Origin: Hydrurus foetidus
Taxonomy: Eukaryota
NCBI GenBank assembly: GCA_900617105.1
Contig: UYFQ01000013.1
Span: forward strand, 1 to 64,000
Direction: 5' to 3'
Length of the DNA: 64,000 nt
The translations under genes were made by a program, and so were the position numbers. Below the pieces are notes generated by a model. The model did not search any database. It saw only the letters and a program-made list of their open reading frames with translations, and had not been told where the DNA came from. Below are positions 61,280 through 64,000 of the stretch, one piece after another (the first letter of the stretch is position 1; each line of letters starts with the position of its first letter).

Positions 61280-62149
61280 ATGGTCCGCTTCTGCCTTGTA
61301 CTAACATTTATCGCTGTCTCAATTAGAACCTCGACGTCTGCCGCGAGTACTTCGAATAACATTGGACCATCAAGCCTCGAGCTATTTCAGAATTCATGGA
61401 TCACTTACAGAACAGTTGTTAACGCTGATCTAATGGAACACAAATCAATGACACAGAAGTTGTCAGATGCTATAAATAGTTGGATCAACGACCGGGCACT
61501 TGACGGCACGTCCCCAAGTTCGCCAATATCCATAGCTGACTTAGGCTGTGGCGATCTTGCACTACTAGGCCCGGTGTACAAATCTCTGCCCCTAAAACTC
61601 TTCTGTGGCGTTGATATGTCGCTCTCTGCTCTCAGTCATGCTCGACTTGCCTTTGCGGGACAATCTGATATTTCCACTTCAGAGGCGACCACTAGTACTG
61701 CCTGGCTGAATGATGATATTCTGAGCTGGGCGAAAACAATAGAAATGGGATCTGACGATGAGACTAGATGTGTTCAGAAATTCGATATTATTGTATGCGC
61801 TTTTTCGGTCCATCACTTGGACGATGATGATAAAACAAAAATTCTCACAGCATTAGTGAGTAACAAGCTCAATAAAGGAGGGGTAATTCTCATGGCTGAC
61901 ATATTCAGGATTGAGAGTGAGGATAGAGACGAATACATAGAAAGATTCCGTAGTCATATTGAAGCGAATTGGAACGTAATATCTGCAGATCAAAAAATAG
62001 AAGTAGTGAAGCATGTTACAGAAAATGATTTCCCAGCCTCACTTCAGCATTTCATGTCCGATATTGCGCCAAGTTGTGGCTTGAATTGTGATCTTTTATG
62101 GAGCGATACGGCGGATTTCGAGAAATTATTAAAATTGACAGTTATTTGA
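61280..62149 (+). CDS. Class I SAM-dependent methyltransferase with a predicted signal peptide
   Basis: IADLGCGD, GVDMS, FDIIVCAFSVHHL, LNKGGVILMAD; the first ATG gives a hydrophobic N-terminus MVRFCLVLTFIAVSI; intronless. Confidence 0.85.
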   Translation: MVRFCLVLTFIAVSIRTSTSAASTSNNIGPSSLELFQNSWITYRTVVNADLMEHKSMTQKLSDAINSWINDRALDGTSPSSPISIADLGCGDLALLGPVYKSLPLKLFCGVDMSLSALSHARLAFAGQSDISTSEATTSTAWLNDDILSWAKTIEMGSDDETRCVQKFDIIVCAFSVHHLDDDDKTKILTALVSNKLNKGGVILMADIFRIESEDRDEYIERFRSHIEANWNVISADQKIEVVKHVTENDFPASLQHFMSDIAPSCGLNCDLLWSDTADFEKLLKLTVI

Positions 62150-63484
62150 TCTTCAAACATCGAAGACTACCATATCTTCCAAACTACGGCACAGTCACTA
62201 AACGGTATGAATTGAGAGTCACTGTAGTATATGGTATGAGGTGAACAAGAGTCTCACAAGAGGAGAAGGGTTACGAGGGAATTTAATAGGACTTTCTGAT
62301 TTATTGATCTTGGTTAACTGATCTGAACTGCCCACGTGTAGTGTCAGAAAAACAAATCTTGAATCTTAGATTCACAGAGTTAGAATTCAAATCGCTGATG
62401 AACTTAAAACTAAACTAATGATAATCTATCTCGACATAATTACCTCAACCAGTATGTGTGCATGTGTTTTGTAGTCAATACCATACCATCCGATCTTGTT
62501 GCATTACATCACTCATTTCACTGTCTCCGTAATAACTAATATTCCTCGCATCATATATTAACTAACAAGATAACAAGAAAGATTTTTCGAACACAGCGAC
62601 ATCTCTTTAAATTCTGTGATTTTGATTAAATTATTGTGATCTCAAATGTAGAGGTGTACGGACACTATGACAATGGATCTATTATTGTCGTTCATTCATC
62701 GAGTTAATTCGAATGGCCTTGACAAACGACAAGGTGTAATGATATAGAAATCTTAAACAGCTGAAGTAAAACACAGGTGAATTAAAATTTAAGAACTCGA
62801 ACTCTTCTTGCCCTTGACTCATATTTTGGTTAGTCTAAAGTCTAAAGTTATTTTTTAAAATCGAAAAAGCTTTCACCATCATGACAAGTTAACCGTATGC
62901 AGCCAAAAACGAGAAGACTGAATACTGCTAGAAACGGTAGTAGCGGGGAAAGGTGCGGTTGTAGGTGCGACGAGAAGATGAGAGAAGGGTGATGTAGCGA
63001 AAACAACAGAGATGTTTGTAAGAGGATGAGAAATGGCGGAAATGCTCTGAAGGGTTTTAGATTTTAGATTTTGGGGGGCGAGTAAGTTCGTAATATCTTT
63101 TGTCCATCTATTTTTAATCTTCGTTCTCCTCCCTTGCTCCTTCTACTCATCCCATCTCCCTTTTTTTTGTTTCAACTTCGTCTTTTCTAAGATCAGCAGA
63201 GTTCATAGTTAAAGAGGGAGAGGAAGAGGAAGAGGGAGAGGGAAGTAAAGGGGGAGGGGATGATTTGATTTTAGACACGAGTAGCTTCGTCATCGTCTAA
63301 CGATCCACCTACTCCCCCACTCCCTATCACTCAACCATTCACACCACAGATGAAGAGTGCCACTGTAAACCGCCTCCTCTCCTCCCCTTCATTATTCTGA
63401 CTCTATCTTCATGTCTGTTTGTTCCTTCATCTCCACTTTCATTTTTAACCGTTTTACACCGCACCCACTAAAATATACAGTATA

Positions 63485-63962
63485 CTAAAGAAATCCAAAT
63501 AAATTGCTGAATGATGGCTCGGCACGCACGATTTCAATTTCTGTATTTTCTTCTTCTTCTGTTTTTTGTATATACGGTCCTATAGGATATTCTTGCAAAC
63601 ATACGGAATTAACGCCAAATTCGTTATTATAGTTCCGAATGGATGCAACAAGATCGTCTATCGGATATTCTCCCCATGGGAACGAATTTCGAGGATCAGA
63701 TAAGTTAGGTGTAATAAGGGTAAAGTGTCCGTCTTTTAGGGTTAATATCACATCTTTTCCAATCCATTCTTTGTTGTTGTCGAATGGACCTGCGTAAGTA
63801 CAGGAGTGTTCGAGAATTAGCATTAGTGTTTTCGAGAATTAGTCTTTGTGTGAAGTATTGGAATTAGCCACACTGTCAATGAGAGAATAATGAACAACAC
63901 ATCCGAATCGCAGTAAACGGAATGCATCTCTGGCATGATTTTACTGCAGAAGTATGACAAGC
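63485..63962 (-). CDS. Probable last exon (possibly degenerate) of a gene extending beyond the window; function unknown
   Basis: 112-aa ORF with DVILTLKDGHFTLITP; candidate splice acceptor TGTCAG near 63962; short duplication at ~63813-63842 breaks the frame. Confidence 0.3.
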
Positions 63963-64000
63963 TGACAGACACAGGCAGACACACACACTCTCTCTCACAC

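Noticed and set aside
1..64000. tRNA or rRNA genes
   Set aside because: None recognisable by eye; a covariance-model scan would be needed to exclude them

Overview
Eukaryotic genomic DNA: GT-AG introns, LTR retrotransposons, no prokaryotic operon structure. A protist/stramenopile-like origin is inference only. The window has two compartments. About 1-34.6 kb is a nested transposon block. It holds two same-orientation copies of a Ty3/Gypsy chromovirus with 217-bp LTRs and an LTR-mediated tandem duplication between them, a decayed Sola-like DDD transposase, an intron-containing IS3EU-like DDE transposase with a convergent partner ORF, hAT and Tourist-like non-autonomous elements, a papain-fold-like pseudogene, a decayed second Gypsy family and a young Ty1/Copia element. 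About 34.7-64 kb holds host genes: an EXD1/Egalitarian-like exonuclease-KH gene, a spliced FtsJ/CMTR-like cap 2'-O-methyltransferase, a ~17.5-kb multi-exon low-complexity coiled-coil gene and a class I SAM methyltransferase, plus a MITE cluster at 59.4-61.1 kb. The most unusual signal is in the Copia element. It has TG...GA termini and no tRNA-type primer binding site. Instead, the 10 nt directly after its 5' LTR are perfectly complementary to a 10-mer inside its own LTR that follows an initiator-like motif, suggesting Tf1-style self-priming in a Copia element. All family assignments come from motif recognition by eye; no searches were run.
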